NCBI RefSeq assembly: GCF_009914755.1
Contig: NC_060935.1
DNA length: 64,000 nucleotides
Strand: one strand, 5' to 3'
Source of the DNA: the human T2T-CHM13v2.0 reference genome, Homo sapiens
In this document: one piece after another, positions 37,208 through 52,119 of the stretch
Layout of the letters: each line of letters starts with the position of its first letter
How positions within the stretch are numbered: position 1 is the first letter of the stretch
Program-made: the position numbers and the translations under genes
Notes under the pieces: generated by a model
What the model saw: the letters and a program-made list of their open reading frames with translations, nothing else
Databases searched by the model: none
Told to the model about the DNA's origin: nothing

Positions 37208-38439
37208 CATGTCTGATATTACATGTGCTATATTTAAGGAGTCTAAAATTCACTAGCCAAATAATTGTGTTGATAGAGTTTGGTGGGGGACTAGATAGAT
37301 TGTGTGAATCTAACAAGAGCAGAGGTACAATATGTAGTTGCAAAATATAAGATTACTCTAAGACCCCTTCTATTTCTGGGTTTCTCTTTGTCTGTGGGAT
37401 CCAAGGGGAAATGAACAGTCCCTCCAGATTACATTGAAGGTGCTGTGTCTCATGTACTTACAACAGCATAATTTCACACTATTTTTCCCTTAGTTTCCTG
37501 TTCCTTCAAAGGATTAGTTTAACATGTTATTAATTTAGAAAAAATTCACATTTTAAATGTTGTATTTGTAAGTTTTTATTTGTATTTTTTACTTTTTAAA
37601 TCTTAATTTTTCATGGCTAAAAACGCAGGCCTTATTTAAAAACAAATAAAGCTTAGGGGCAAAATTATATTACCAAAGTAATAATTGTATATATGAAGGC
37701 TTTTGGTCCATGTCTTATTTCTTTCAATTAATACAGCAGCATTCCCAGAAAAGAAAAGAAAACAAATCACAAAAATCACTGCCTTTTAATTCTTCCATGA
37801 AAACCATTAAGGGTCAGGACACCCTTGTGTATTTTTATACCTGCCCATCTTGATATATGTCTAATCTTTTCTCCTGTCTTTAATTCTGTAAACATTCTAT
37901 CTTTAGTGAGTGCTTATTTTTGATGTAATCAAATCTGTGGCACACCTGTCTCTGTTGATGAAAAGAGAGTGAGTCATTTGTGAGGAGGGCGGTCACATTA
38001 ACTCTTGGAAGATACAAAAGATGACTTATGAAATTGAGTTTTTGAGGACATAACATGATGCCCTCATGACGGAAAAGAACTCACGGATCTCCTGGAAAAT
38101 GTCATCCCCTCCATCTCACAAGGGGATGCAGAGCCATTGCAAAATTAAACTCTCAAGTTAATGCCATGGAGCTTAGTAAACAAGTTGTAAGAAATGCCAT
38201 TCAAAATGTTTATTTTCAGACTGTTCCTAGTGACTGCAAATCAGCCAGTTGAACGTGTTTGCATCTTGCTGATCTGCTCCACCTTTGGAAATGCACTTTT
38301 TTCTTTAGTATAGATACAGTCTGTGTTTTAGGGACACAAATCAGAGGAATAACAGAACCAGTATTACTCCATTGAGTCATGGCCTTTGATTTTCAATAGA
38401 AGCAGCCTGCTTCATTTTGTCACTGAGTTCTTTTCCTAG

Positions 38440-38569
38440 CTCCCATCTGAAAGGAAAGAAGAATACAAAAATGAATGATAAAAGCCAGCCCTCTGATGGA
38501 CCAGGGCAGGGAACACAGTGTCAGGATGGCGTTTCATAATGATAAGAAAAAAGTAATTTGCTGATCTAG
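38440..38569 (+). other. Candidate 130-nt non-coding exon (unverified)
   Basis: cactgag..ttcttttcctAG acceptor and TAG|GTGAGT donor. Stops in all three frames. Confidence 0.3.
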
Positions 38570-39459
38570 GTGAGTGCTTTATCCTCTGTGCGTGTGTAAC
38601 CTGAAGAGGGTAAATTACTTTTTCCTGGTACCACTTGGTATCCATGAGGAGGTAATTTGCCTCATAATGTCAAGACACCCTGCTGCTGTGAAAGTGGTTA
38701 TACTCCTGGCTTGCTACAAGGAGAGTGTTTGGCTCACGGTCGAGCTGATCCCTTCATAAATCACCCAATCCAAGGCTGAGATATTTCAGGACATACAAGC
38801 AAGTGCAGAAATGAATAGATGCTTTTTTTTTAAGGGGGTGGTTGCAAGTATGTTTTTTTTTAGCTCCTTCATTGGTTGTTATTTAACTGCACTTTTCCCT
38901 TAGAGACAGAGGGTTATTAAAATCTAAAATAGTTGAAAGCAAACATTTCTCACTGTTCTATAGGACTACAATTTAGTCTTATATATGCCTAGCAGCTAAG
39001 TGCTGTGGGAATGATTTCCTCTGCTATTTTGAGGCCTCACATCTGGAAAAGGGGCTTTGGTCAGTTGGAGACCCTGAAAGAAGCACCTGCCTCTTTAGGA
39101 AGTTTTTCAACTCATTGTAAAGTGACTGGTAACAAGAGAGCATTATAAGCAAAATGTCCTTATTGGGACTCCTTCTTTATGGCAAGAAAATTCATCACTG
39201 GTCTGGGAATTCATTACTTTTGCTATTTCTTTTGAGACAAAACTTGAGGGAGAATAATAATCCCTGAGTGTAAATATTCATGCTTAGGCACCTTTAACCA
39301 GATAGTCAAACTGTACAGAGGCACTCAACAGAGTATCTAAAACTCCATTTTAGTATATCCGTCTTTCATAAACTGATAAGACTACACTGTCTTTTTTCTC
39401 CATGGTATCTACGAAACTCAAAGGGAACAGTATAGTGTATATGGGTGGAGAGTTGTGAC

Positions 39460-40600
39460 ATCATTCATTATTCATTCATTCATTTATTTACCAAATATTT
39501 GGGGGCAACCTACCACATGCTAGATATTGTACTTGATGCTGGGGTTAGAACATAAGTAACACAAATCCAATCCTAGTGCTTGCATCTTGGGGCATCTAGT
39601 CTGTCTAGGTATAAGAGCACTAGGCAGAAAATCACACGAATAATTAGAATTGTGATAAATCCTCTACAGAAAATGTAAAGGGTGCTATAAGAGTGTGTAC
39701 TGGGGGAAATAATTTAGTCTGGAGAGTGAGGTGTCAAGAAAAGCTTTCCTTTTTAAACTGGGCACCAAAGAAAGAATGGGTGGAGATAACAAGGATGAGG
39801 TGGGAGAAGAATTCCCAGTAGAGAAATAAACTTGGGTAGAGTTGCTAAGGGGAGACTAAGCTTGAAATTAGAAGGGAGTCAAAACAGTAGAGAAAATTAA
39901 ATAAGGGAAGAACAGCTCAAGATGAGATGTATTAATTTATTCATTTAATAAACATGTGTATAGTATTTACTCTCTGCCAAGAAGAGCTGTAAGTTCTTTA
40001 CAAATATTGAATCCTTATAATGATCTTGGAAGGTATATACTATTATTATCCCCATTTTATAGATATGGAAACTAAACAACAGAAAGTTTTATAATGAGAG
40101 CAGGGAACATATAAAGAGACTAAAAAGCCATGTGAAATATTTAAAATCTTGTCATAAGAGCAATAGGAACTTGTAGAATGGTGTGAAGTGGTGAATGCCT
40201 TCGTCATGTTTATATTTTGGCTAGATATCTCTAATCAGTGCCTGAAGAAGGAGCCTGGGAAGTAAGGGGTGAAATGAGAATGAATGAGAAAATCAGTTAG
40301 GAGGTTATCACGGTACTACAGGAGGGAGATGACACTAGGCAATGCAAAGAGTTGGATGGATGTAAGAAATGTTCTAGAAATTGAACAGGCAGGACTAAAG
40401 ATGGAACTGATGGGTTCAGGGTAGGAGGAAGGGAAGCTCAGGGATGATTTTTAAGTTCTGTGTCATAAATAAATATATAGGGAACAATTTTCTATGTTAG
40501 GGAACACAGGCAAAGAAGAACATTTGGCAGCAGGGCAGAAAATAACTGTAAATTGAATTTCAGCCGTAATGCATTTGAAGTTTCTAAGATGTATTTATGT
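39460..40600 (-). mobile_element. L2 remnants with an embedded MIR (~39935-40085)
   Basis: (TTCA)n L2 tail, acctaccacatgctagatattg and atcagttaggaggttat. MIR core tattatccccattttatagatatggaaactaa. Confidence 0.6.
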
Positions 40601-41317
40601 GGAAAAGATGTAAAAATATTTGGATTTGGGAAAATGAAATGCAGAATCAAACTCTGAGAAAAAATATATACATCTAGAAATGATCTGGCATTTATTTATT
40701 AAACTTTTAACTTGGGTGTTTCTTCTCAAGACTCTAATGCGGACGTAAAGAAGTATAAGACAATATTTAAGAAGTAAAAATGCAATGATACAACCCATAA
40801 AAGTAGTTAGAGTTTTGAGACCATAAAGACTCTATACTAATAAAGGCATTGTGAGTATTTATTTCATCTCTGCATAACTGGTTCAGAGGAAAATCTGTAA
40901 GATGAAATGAGGCTGAAGGCAGGCAAGGTGATGATCAAAAGATTCCAAGTCTTCAATTTGTAGTCTTTTGATAACTGAATTGTTGCTGGCAAATATTTTC
41001 AGTTTCCAAATATTTTAGCCAATTTTTAAAAGACTTTCCCTTTACCCTTACATTGAATTTTGGGGGTGTCAATCTCCAACACACTTCACTAAATCTCCCA
41101 CAAAGAGCCTTCTCCTAAAATCAAGATCCAGAGAAGAGTGAGGTGTTATTAAAGTTACATACTTAATGTGTATGTGTGTAAGGCATGCTTTAGCTGGGTC
41201 ATATCCTGCACTGATGAGCAATTTAGGCCTTTTTTTTCTGACATGCCAGGCTACAGAGTAGAGCATCAAATGAATGGATGCCTTTAAAAACAGTACTTCC
41301 AATTAACTCTGCTTTTT

Positions 41318-41628
<311 letters not shown>

Positions 41629-42055
41629 TGATAAGCTGTTCTGATGCAACTTATGGCATTAATAGCATTTTCCGAGAAGATAGAAAAACTTTGGAAGTCA
41701 TGGTCCCTTCAATCCCATAGTCTGCTTGCTTTATTAACTTTCTCTTCAGTTTACTCCCTCCTACTCTTCTTTATCATCCAACAATTTTGGGTGTTCCTAA
41801 ATCTTGCAACAAGCTTTCTTTCTATTTTTTCCTCCTAGCTCATTGGGCTTGGGATATTTTATTGGCATTGGAGCTGAAGAAATCTGTGAAAAAAAAGTCT
41901 GTATATACATATATATGTCTAAGTGTGCATATATTTATATATGTCTACATATATTTGTGTAAGTGTACATGTATGAAAGGAAGCTTTATCACAAATTTAT
42001 TAAAAAGATAATAGATTAATTAGCTTTATGTAGTCATTCCATAATGTATGCATAT

Positions 42056-42357
42056 TTTTTTTTTTGAGACGGAGTTTCGCTCTTGTTGCCCAGGCTGGAG
42101 TGCAGTGGCATGATCAATCTCAACTCACTGCAACCTCCGCCCCCTGGGTTCAAGCGATTCTCCTGCCTCAGCCTCCCAAGTAGCAGGGATTACAGGCGCC
42201 CACCACTATGCCTGGCCTGGCTAATTTTTTGTATTTTTGTAGAGACTGGGTTTCACCATGTTGGTCAGGCTGGTCTTGAACTCCTGACTTTAGGTGATCC
42301 ACCCACCTTGGCCTTCCAAAGTGCTGGGATTACAGGCGTGAGCCAGTTTGCCCTGCC
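42056..42357 (-). mobile_element. AluS (Sp/Sq-like)
   Basis: TSD AATGTATGCATAT at 42043-42055 and 42358-42370. Confidence 0.95.
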
Positions 42358-44254
42358 AATGTATGCATATCTGAAAACAGAATGTTATGCATGATAAATA
42401 TACATGTTTTAATTTTCACGTTAAAAATAACAATAGACAAACTAGTTTTCCTTTTATTGAATGAGCTGTATCCTTCTGTTCAATATAGAGTGTGGGGGCA
42501 GATTTCAGGGTTTTGATTATGTGCTCTGTGCTCTGTTGACAGGAGGAAGGCTACTAAGAAGCCAGCTCTACTTTTGACCATCAGGTACCATCTTAGGCTT
42601 CAGTTTCCTCAGGAGAAGAGGATCCTTGGACAAGAGGATCTGCAAAGTTCCTTCTAACTAATATTCTATGATTCTTTTTCTGAGTAAAAAGATGGATTTA
42701 TGACAAAATTAAAAAAAGAAAATCAGCTTTTAAAAGGTGTAACTTCTTCAAAGATTTTTCCAGAAAAGACTGCCAATATGAATTGTGAGATAAAGCAGAT
42801 TGTAGAGCAAAATTGTTGGACTTTTAAGAACAAAAATACATGGAAGCCAAGAGCAATAATTAACATTTTTGAAATATTATGTTACTTTCTCACATTAAAA
42901 AAATAATAATTGAGACTGTGAGGTGGGCAGGAGTACATTTCCTTACCTAGGGATTTTAGGTGACTTAATATAAGTCGCCTAAAAGTAAGCCAGTAGACCC
43001 AAGAATCGTACCTTCAAATTGCAGGACCCATAGAGAACAATCCAGGTATAAATTTAGCCGGGGAAGGGTCAGATTAATACTGGACTTCTGGTGTCACATT
43101 GCTCAGCTTCAAAGCACAATTTACATATTTTCATTGACTTACTTTTGCTATTTCTGTATAATGAACTCTAGAAATATTTGGTTACTATCTCCAGAATTTG
43201 GAATTTTCAATGGACTGTAATAAGAAACAAAAAAGATCAGATAAGGGGAAAAAGATCTGTTATGTCCTAAATAACAGTGATAACATGAACACAATCTATG
43301 CTATAAAAAGCTATGAGCTAAGCTCACAAAACATGTGGACAAATATGAGCTAGTGAAAGAAAATGACCTAATGGAAAGATGTCAGAAAGTGGCAGAACAA
43401 GTTCTAAGAAAATTGGACAATTTCCTCAATCTGACATGATTTAAGTGCAAGGAGAACTTGAATAGCATGAATTTGGCCTTGGGCAGAAATATGTACCCCC
43501 AAGAGAGGCAGCTCCCTCAGCATTGCTTCTAGACATCGAATTTGGCATGAAGAGAATGTTAGCTAGTCCAGGACACATTCTAGACAGGATAGGCTCTAAA
43601 CATTTCGAAAAAGCCTCTACTCATTGTAAAAAAAATATGCTTAATATATATATAATTAAAAGGAAGAAAGTAAAAATCTTCGTAGTATTGCATCTTAACA
43701 TTTCGGTGTATTGCTTTCCAGTGATGAAAGAATGAACCTTAAAGGGGAGGAGGACTAACAATTCTTCAGGTGAGAAGAGGGAAGAAAGTTAGGATGAATC
43801 TGGAAGTGAGATTTCAAGATGGGGCAAGAAGAACTTCTGTTCACCTGTAAAATAGAAAAAAAGATATTTTCAGTCTCACCATTATTTTCCAAGTGAGTTT
43901 TTTTTTTTCCTATTACTAAACTGTACAAGGGCAGGAGCTGTGCCATTTTAGTCTGTGATCCTCCAAAGACTGTTATAATGGCTCAGCAGACACTCAATAA
44001 ATATTTGTTGAATAATCAGAGGCAAGTAAGACATAATAAACACAAAAACGTAGCAAAGCAAATGCCAGGAGGAACTGGAGTTTAGTAGAATATTTAATGA
44101 AAGTGCAAAAGACTTGCAAAAGTGCTTGGGAATTAGGGAAGGATAAAGAGGGTGTGACCCAAGCCTGGGGTTGCAAATGACATATAGACAGCTTGACATT
44201 TCTTCTCCCTTATAATTCATTAATCTCCAACAGGGATCATTTTCTAAAAAAAAA

Positions 44255-45790
44255 ATATTGTTATAGATTCAAAGGGTAAAGTGGAAGTTTGTTACATGGA
44301 TAGATGACAATGTAGTGGTTGGGTTTGGGCTTCTATTGTACCCATCACCCGAATAGTGAATATTGTACCCAAATAGGTTACTTTTCAACCCTCCCCCCAT
44401 CCCACTCTCCCCACTTTTGGAGTCTCCAATGTCAATTGTTTCCTTCTTTGTGTCCATGTGTACCCATTCTTTAGCTCTTACTTATGAGTGAAAAGATGAA
44501 GTATTTGATTTTCTGTTTATGAGTTTTTTCATTAGGATAATGGTCTCAAGCTCCATTTTCCATGTTGCTGCAAAACATAGGATTTCATTCTTTTTATGGC
44601 CGTGTAATATTCCATGGTGTATATATACCACATTTTTTATCTAATCATCCTTTATAGGACACTGAAATTAGTTCCATATCTTTGCTATTGTGAATAGCGT
44701 TGTGACAAACATGAAAGTGCAGGTGTCTTTTTTATATAATAATTCTTTTTTCTTTGAGTATGTAACCAGGAATGGGATTGCTGGGTGAAATGGCAGCTCT
44801 ATTTCTAGTTTTTTGAGAATCTCCATACTGTTTTCCATATAGGTTGTACTAATTTACATTCCCGCCAGCAGTGTATAAGCATTCCCTTTTCCCCACATTC
44901 TCACCAACATCTGTTGTTTTTTGACTTTTAAATAATCGTCATTCTGACTGGTGTGAGATCGTATCTCATTGAGGCTTTAATTTGCATTTCTCTGATGACT
45001 AGTGATGTTGAGCATTTTTTCATATGTTTGTTGGTTGCTTGTATGTCTTCTTTTGAGAAATGTCTGTGCATGTCCTTTACCCAGTTTTTAAGGGGATTAT
45101 TTGTTTTTTGCATGTTGAGTTGTTGAGTTCCTTATAGATTCTGAATATTAGTCCTTTGTTGAATGCATAGTTTGCAAATATTTTCTCTCATTCTGTAGGT
45201 TGTTTACCCTGCTGATTATTTCTTTTGCTGTGCAGAAGCTTTTTAGTTTAGTTAAGTCCTGTTTGTCTATTTTTGTTTTTGTTGCATTTCCTTTTGAAGT
45301 CATAGTCATAAATTCTCTGCCTAGGCCAGTGTCCTGAAGAGTTTCTTCTAGGTTTTCTCCTAGGATTTTTATAGGTTCAGGTCTTACATTTAAGTCTTTA
45401 ATCCATCTTGAGTTAATTTTTGTATATGGTGAGAGATACAGGGCTAGTTTCATTCTTCTATATATTGCTATCCAATTTTCCCAGCACTATTTATTAAATA
45501 GGGAGTCCTTTCCCAATTGTATATTTTTGTCAACTTTGTGGAAAATCAGTTGGTTGTAGGTGTGCAGCTTTATTTTGGGGTGTTCTATTCTGTTCCATTG
45601 ATCTATGTGTCTATTTGTATACCAGTACCATGCTGTTTTGGTTACTATGGCCTTGCAGCATACTTTGAAGTCAGGTATTATGATGCCTCCATCTTTGTTC
45701 TTTTTGCTTAGGATTGCTTTGGCTATTTGGGCTCTTTTTGGTTCCACATGAATTTTAGGATTTTTTTTCTAATTCTATGAAAATTGATGT
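44255..45790 (-). mobile_element. L1PB3/4-like 5'-truncated L1
   Basis: 3'UTR plus ORF2 C-terminal remnants ([16 protein letters not shown]; [18 protein letters not shown]). Confidence 0.85.
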
Positions 45791-46029
45791 CCAACAAGGA
45801 CCTTATAATTGGAAAGGGTAAAAGAGCCCAGAAGACAACACTTCACTCATTTAAGGGTCTTGGAGAAAGGTACAGATGTAGAAGTATTTGAAGAATTGCA
45901 GAAAACGGAAGTGTCAAACTTCTGGAGATGTGGAACACTAAATAATTACTTGGAAACATAAATTACAGACATTATAGTCTAGATACCAAACTTGATGATT
46001 TTCAGCAAAATTCTAGAATATGATCAGGC

Positions 46030-46255
46030 AATGCCAGACTGACTTGGTTGATTGCTGGCTCTACCACTTACCAGCTATATGGCTTTTGGCAAGTTATATA
46101 ACCTCTATGCCTCAGTTGCCTCATGTAAAATTAGAATACTCTTAATATCAGTCTTATAAGGATGTTATAAACACTAAATTCTCTTAAGGCATGTAGAAGA
46201 TTCCAGCCACATAATAAGTGCTCTATAAGATTAGGTATTGTATTATTATTATTGT
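46030..46255 (+). mobile_element. MIR, near full length
   Basis: ctggctctaccacttaccagct..ggcaagttatataacctctatgcctcagtt..aagtgctc..tattattatt. Confidence 0.75.
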
Positions 46256-46886
46256 TACCATTACTAACACTTAAAAATGAAGTTATTATCAATAGAAGAT
46301 ATCTCAACTACGAACGAACCATACTTTAAATAAACATTTTGCATTTTTTTGAAAAACTTTTTGGGTTGCTTATTCAAGGGTATTTCATACATGTGTTTGG
46401 ATGATAGGAAAGTCCCTTGACAGAGTCTTTACTACTTTTCTAATGAGTGAAACAATGGCATCCTTGTGTGAGAGGTGGTTGACTAGGAGAATATAGTAAT
46501 AGGGCAAATAATTTAGCACACTTTCTGCTCTTAAAAGCTATACAGAATACTGGGAGAAGTTACAGTTGAGATTTTTGCTTGTTAAACACAACTTTATAAT
46601 AATTAAAGTTGATCAAAAGTCATTAACTTTTAGAGTTGAAGGGAATTTGAGGGACCTTCCAGTCCAAACATTCAGATTATATCTGAACATCTGAGGCTAA
46701 GAGAGATCCGATGATTTGCCCAAAGGCACACAGCTAGTGTGTAGCCTAGCCAAGACTTGAACCCAGATTTTTGGGGTACTAAATGTGTTTGAAGCTAACC
46801 TCTGTTAGACAGAAAGTCACAGTATAGATCATATCTGTTTTTCTCTTAGGTCCTGTTTATAGGTGGCTGTTTCTTCACTGCAGTAA

Positions 46887-47267
<381 letters not shown>

Positions 47268-48691
47268 TGACCTTCATGGTGCAGGTAATGAAGTACTTGC
47301 TCCTACTCCAGGCACTGCTTTGCCCACTTCTTCTCCAGTGATATTCACTGAGGGGTTTAGATAATATTCTTGAAGCCACACAAGAGCCCAAGGTTTGGAG
47401 CAGATTGAGCGTATTTCTCTGAGTAACACGAAGAACAAGTTTCACTGCCTGGACTGAGAGTTGCAAACTTGCATTCGGAATTTTTTTTTTTAATTTAAAT
47501 GCCTGTAGGCTATGCAAGCCTCCTCTAATTTGCTGGAGACTCCAGCACCTTTCTGCCTCTTGAAGGAGAATAAGTCGTGATCTTGACATAGAACTCCGAA
47601 GGTGTTCCACATGGATGTGCCTTCAACTCCAGACACTTTCTTTCACAGCCAGCGTTTCTTATTGTTAGGCTTTTCCCTGTCAGTTTTCCTCAGCCCCTCC
47701 CTTTTCCCAGGAAGCACCTATCCTCTTCACACTACTTGCTACTTTCTTTCCTTATTGGCTTCTGAACATATCATGGCTTCTGCCAATTGCCAACTGTAAA
47801 TGCTTTTGAGGAGAAGAGTGGGTTCTGGTCCCAGTGCTTGATATTTTGAGGAGGAATGGGGAGAACTATGGCTAATGGAGAAGGGCAGGAAAGAGTGGGA
47901 AGGCTTCATCTCCGGGTTACAATTGTTCTCTTCTTATAGTATCCAAAATCAAACACACTTCACCACAATATGAATTATTTCTCTTCTGAAATTCCCATTG
48001 ATTCTAAATCAGAAACTCATGTTTTTCAAGTTAACATAACGTTGACACCTCTTCTTGTGAAAAAAATAACCCTGGCCTTTGAATGTTAATAGTGTATTCT
48101 GTTTCTCACTGCATTAGTTATATTTGTAAACTTCTTTACACTAACTGCCACTGAATAGAACTGCAATTTAAATTAGAGAAGAGCAGTTTGTCCAGACCCA
48201 AACTGCTCTCCTCTAATTTAAAAGTTAGGTCTCGACTGCAGGAATTGATGAAAGAATTTTTGGCTCACATCCACTCCACTATCCTAACTTATTAAAAACT
48301 CCAAAAACATTTATTGAACGCCAGTTATGCTCTGGGCACTGTGTTATTTATCTCTGCATTCCCAGTGTCTAAGGCAGAACTTTTGCCCTAGAGGAGATGA
48401 CAGCATTTCTGTGGTTTTTAGTTTTATGAAATCCAATGGAGAAGAATGTCAACAAGAGCTAGAGGAGTCTGGGAAAGCCTTGTGAATCAACTGAAGACTT
48501 CAGTGGACTCTGCGGGATTTGGGTGCCCGGAAGAGATAGGGAAAGTGTTCTCCATCAAGGAAGCAGCATATCTGCAAGCATGGAGATGTGACTGGCAATA
48601 GAAGAGGAGAGTCAGTGGATTCTAGAGGAAGGTCAGTGCAATGTTAACAATGAGAAGTGTAGGTGAGAAAGTCAGGTTCAAAAGTTTATTC

Positions 48692-48893
48692 TTTTTAAAA
48701 TTTAATTTATCTTTATAGATTTTGGGGGTACAAGTGCAGTTTTGTTACACTGATACATTTCATAGTGGTGAAATCTGGGAATTTAGTGTAACCATCACCC
48801 AATTAGTGTACATTGTACCCATTAGGTAATTTCTTATTCCTCACCCCCCTTCCACCTTCCACCTCTTCCAGTCTCCAATGTCTATTATTCCAC
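48692..48893 (-). mobile_element. Short L1PB4/L1MA-like 3'UTR insertion
   Basis: gggggtacaagtgcagttttgttacac..cattgtacccattaggtaatt. TSD CA(A/G)AAGTTTATTC at 48679-48691 and 48894-48906. Confidence 0.85.
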
Positions 48894-49819
48894 CAGAAGT
48901 TTATTCATAATGAATGTATCTGGCTCCAGAAATGAAATTCCTTTGCCTATTCAACATTTCTTGCATATCTTCTGTGTACCAAGCACTGTGCTAGGGTTTT
49001 AGAATAAAGAGGTGAATAAGACACAGTCCGTTCTGTTGAGCAGCATACAGTCTAATGATGATAATTCAAGATCTCTCCAAATGCAACAAGGAGCACCACA
49101 CCCAACTCCAGCACCATTTTGGAAAGATGACAGGGTAAAATAAGTTAGAGAGAGCAGAGATAGAGTAGAGAATAGTTGTCCAGCTGTTAAGAAAAACTGC
49201 CGCAAGCCCGTATCATACCCAAGCCCTTTCTAGGTATCACAGAATAAATAATACCACTCAACATACCTTCCATTTTGTTAGCATTTACACATTCCCTCAT
49301 TTTTTAATTTAAAATTTAAAATTTAAAATTGGATGCCTAGCGTGCGTCATGTGTGATGTTAGATTCCGGGAATTCAGAAATGACCAACATAGACTCATTC
49401 CATCTCCTTCCTGGGTGTATAATCTATCATGTCTAGAGAATGTACTGTATTACAGGACTACATGAGAGACACCTAACATAAATTTTGGAAGGCAGGGTGG
49501 GGAGAGATCTGGGAGGGCTCCTTAAAGGAATCTAAACTGAGGATAAGTTAAAATTTTCTAGACAAAAAATAAGCTGAAAATTGTTCTAACCGTGGGGAAC
49601 AGCGTGTAAGAAGGAGAGAAAAGGTAAGATAATTTGATGGCACTCAGGGAAGTTCATTTTAATATCAATAGTCCAGCCCTTCTTGCTTTATCACTAAAGG
49701 CCATTTCCATGTAGTGATACATTCAAAAGACACAAAATGCTAGTACCAAAAAAGCTTGGAATTATAGCCAGTCACACCACATCTAGAAAAATTTCTAAGG
49801 GTCTTTGACTTTATTGCTG

Positions 49820-50080
49820 TTGAAGTTCCTTAGAAGCAGAGCCCGAGGCAGTAATTGGGGTGCAGGTGATTCAGTCGGGAGCGTGCTTCAGGAAGAACCT
49901 GTAAAGGAAGCGGGATAATCAGGAAATTGAGCTGAGCAACGGTGCAGTTTCAGGTGAGATCTAGCCTTGCTAATCCAAGGGGGAAGGGCTCTGTAGCAAA
50001 AACCACACCAGAGAGCTGCCCCCTGTACTTCAGGAAAAGGGCCTACTTTTTGTACCCATAAAGCCAGTCATTGGCAGAAG
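49820..50080 (-). mobile_element. LTR16-like ERVL LTR fragment
   Basis: gttccttagaagcagagcccgag..aacctgtaaagga..caccagagag..gccagtcattggc. Confidence 0.5.
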
Positions 50081-51434
50081 GCATAATATTGGGAACATAC
50101 TTTCCTCGTTCTGACACATATATTTCAGCCCTTCCATCTCATTTTGTTTCCATTATTTTGACCACACAATGTTTTCTAGAGCTAAGTAATACAATTACAG
50201 ACTCCTGAGAAAGTTGAGGGAGGAAGGAAACAGGTGTTGCTGCTGTGATGCTTTTCTCAGTACTGCTGGAGTGCAGGGTGTGTGTGGAGGCAGAGAGTGG
50301 GCTGTGGAGAAACTAAGGCTGGAGAGGTAAGTAGAAAGCTGTGTGACGGGGAATATAGAAAAGCATCCAACTGTACTCACAATGAATTTAGGAAGACAGT
50401 TTCTCAAATGGAGGACTGAAAATGTGGACTTCTGTCTCATTGTGGCTTAGAAGACTTGCTAGTTTGTGTCGGTCTCTGATTTGTTCAAAGTGAATCATGG
50501 ATTCCTGAAAAAATCATAAACTTGGTTTGCAGTTGTCTGGTGGTTAGAGCAACAGAGAGTATTTTTTTTCTGTCTTGTGATTGGGGTTGAAATGACATAC
50601 TCCTGCAATGATTTTGTAGGGTCATAAAAGTAGAAAAAGCTGCCAGAAACGACGTCCTCCACATGTTTCCTGTGTTTACCCCACTCTCCTCAAATTTGAT
50701 CTTCCAGAAAAAATAATCACTTTATTTATACATTCTGATATTTCAATTTCCATGTGTTTTATTTGCCAAACACACTAGTTGGATATTCCCTTTCTAGTTA
50801 GGACTGTACTCAAGATAAAGATGCTCTTTTTTTTTGTTTTTAGAGTTGATGTCCTTTTATGATGATTGTTAATTAATAAGACATCTTTTATGGATAGTAC
50901 ATAGAGAACCTAGTTATGCTGTTTAGACAACTGGCACTTAAAAAGTAATAGTGATTTATTCAGTTTCCTCATTTCTGGAGCATGTGGTCAGATGGTGTAT
51001 GTTTATAAACCACCATTCTGCTTCCAGTATTGTTCTTGACCTTGTTGGATGCTATGATGGAAAAAAAAATAGTAGAAATTATTCCTACTTATGAGAAAAT
51101 AAAAAACTAGTGGGAAGAAATAGAACAAAAGCTAGTTAAAGTTCATATTCAGAAACAATAAAACTTATACATATGAGGCAATGAACAGCTATGTTGTCAC
51201 AGGGGCCCTTAATTCTCGGGGAGGTGGGTAAAATTTAGGGTTTCATTATTACAAAACTGAATAATTAAATGCACATACACGGGTTTACATGACGTTTGTC
51301 ACTCAAAGTTCTTGTAAAAGAAGTGTAAATGGCTCACGGTATTCAAATGCTCTAAAGTTGTAGGTAAGAGCAGATGTGGTGGATGTGTATAGACAATTGG
51401 CAAAATGATCAGATGTGAACTTGATGTTTGTATT

Positions 51435-51607
51435 CAGGCTTCCTGACCGTGGATGTACACCAGAATTGCCCACAGGCTTTAAAACTACTGTTTCCAGGGC
51501 TCACCTCAGACTAGTGGATTTGAATGTTTTTTGGTTCCAGGTTTGCATTTTCAGAAAGCTATGCAGGTGCTTCTAATGCTTGACCAGAACTGAGAGCTGT
51601 GCCCTAG
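51435..51607. mobile_element. MER5A-like MITE
   Basis: cagaattgccc..cacctcagact..tgcattttcagaaagct..aggtgcttctaatgc. Confidence 0.55.
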
Positions 51608-52119
51608 GGATTTATTTCAAAGTTGATCTATGCCAGATCTGGAATATATACAGGAGTGAGTATTCCAACCCACGCTTCAATTGTCTGTCCTCCAAAGGTT
51701 TGAGGGGTCAGTTCCTCAATATGCTCTGCATTCTTCTGTCATATACTTTCATGGAATCTGGGGAATATGGGGATGGGGAAGAATTTATGACTAACCAATT
51801 TACTAAACCGTTTTCAGAATGTCCCAGAGGATAGCCTAGAAATACATCCACTCTAAGTTTATCTCTTAAATTCAGTATAGAGCTATGGAGTTCATGGAGC
51901 AGACCCATGTCTTAGAGATGCTGACGGCTGCTTGTGGTGGTTCCTGGGTCCAGCAGCTTTCCTAGGACATGGCTGCAAGTCCAAGAGCTTCTTCAGGAAC
52001 ACCAGCAGGGCTGGGGAAGCAGCCAGAACTAAGGCAGTTGAGGGTAATTGATCTGGAAGGATCGTGACCCCTATTTTCACAGGAAAAATCAAAGTGCCTT
52101 GTCGAGGAAAACCTTGACA

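Noticed and set aside
36696-37343. 215-aa ORF
   Set aside because: It runs through a GA/CT repeat, an antisense Alu piece and an L2 tail. Low-complexity and not protein-like.
43755-43870. Strong minus-strand splice acceptor (tttttctattttacAG|G at ~43845)
   Set aside because: No good matching donor or partner exon. Isolated acceptors are common in AT-rich DNA.
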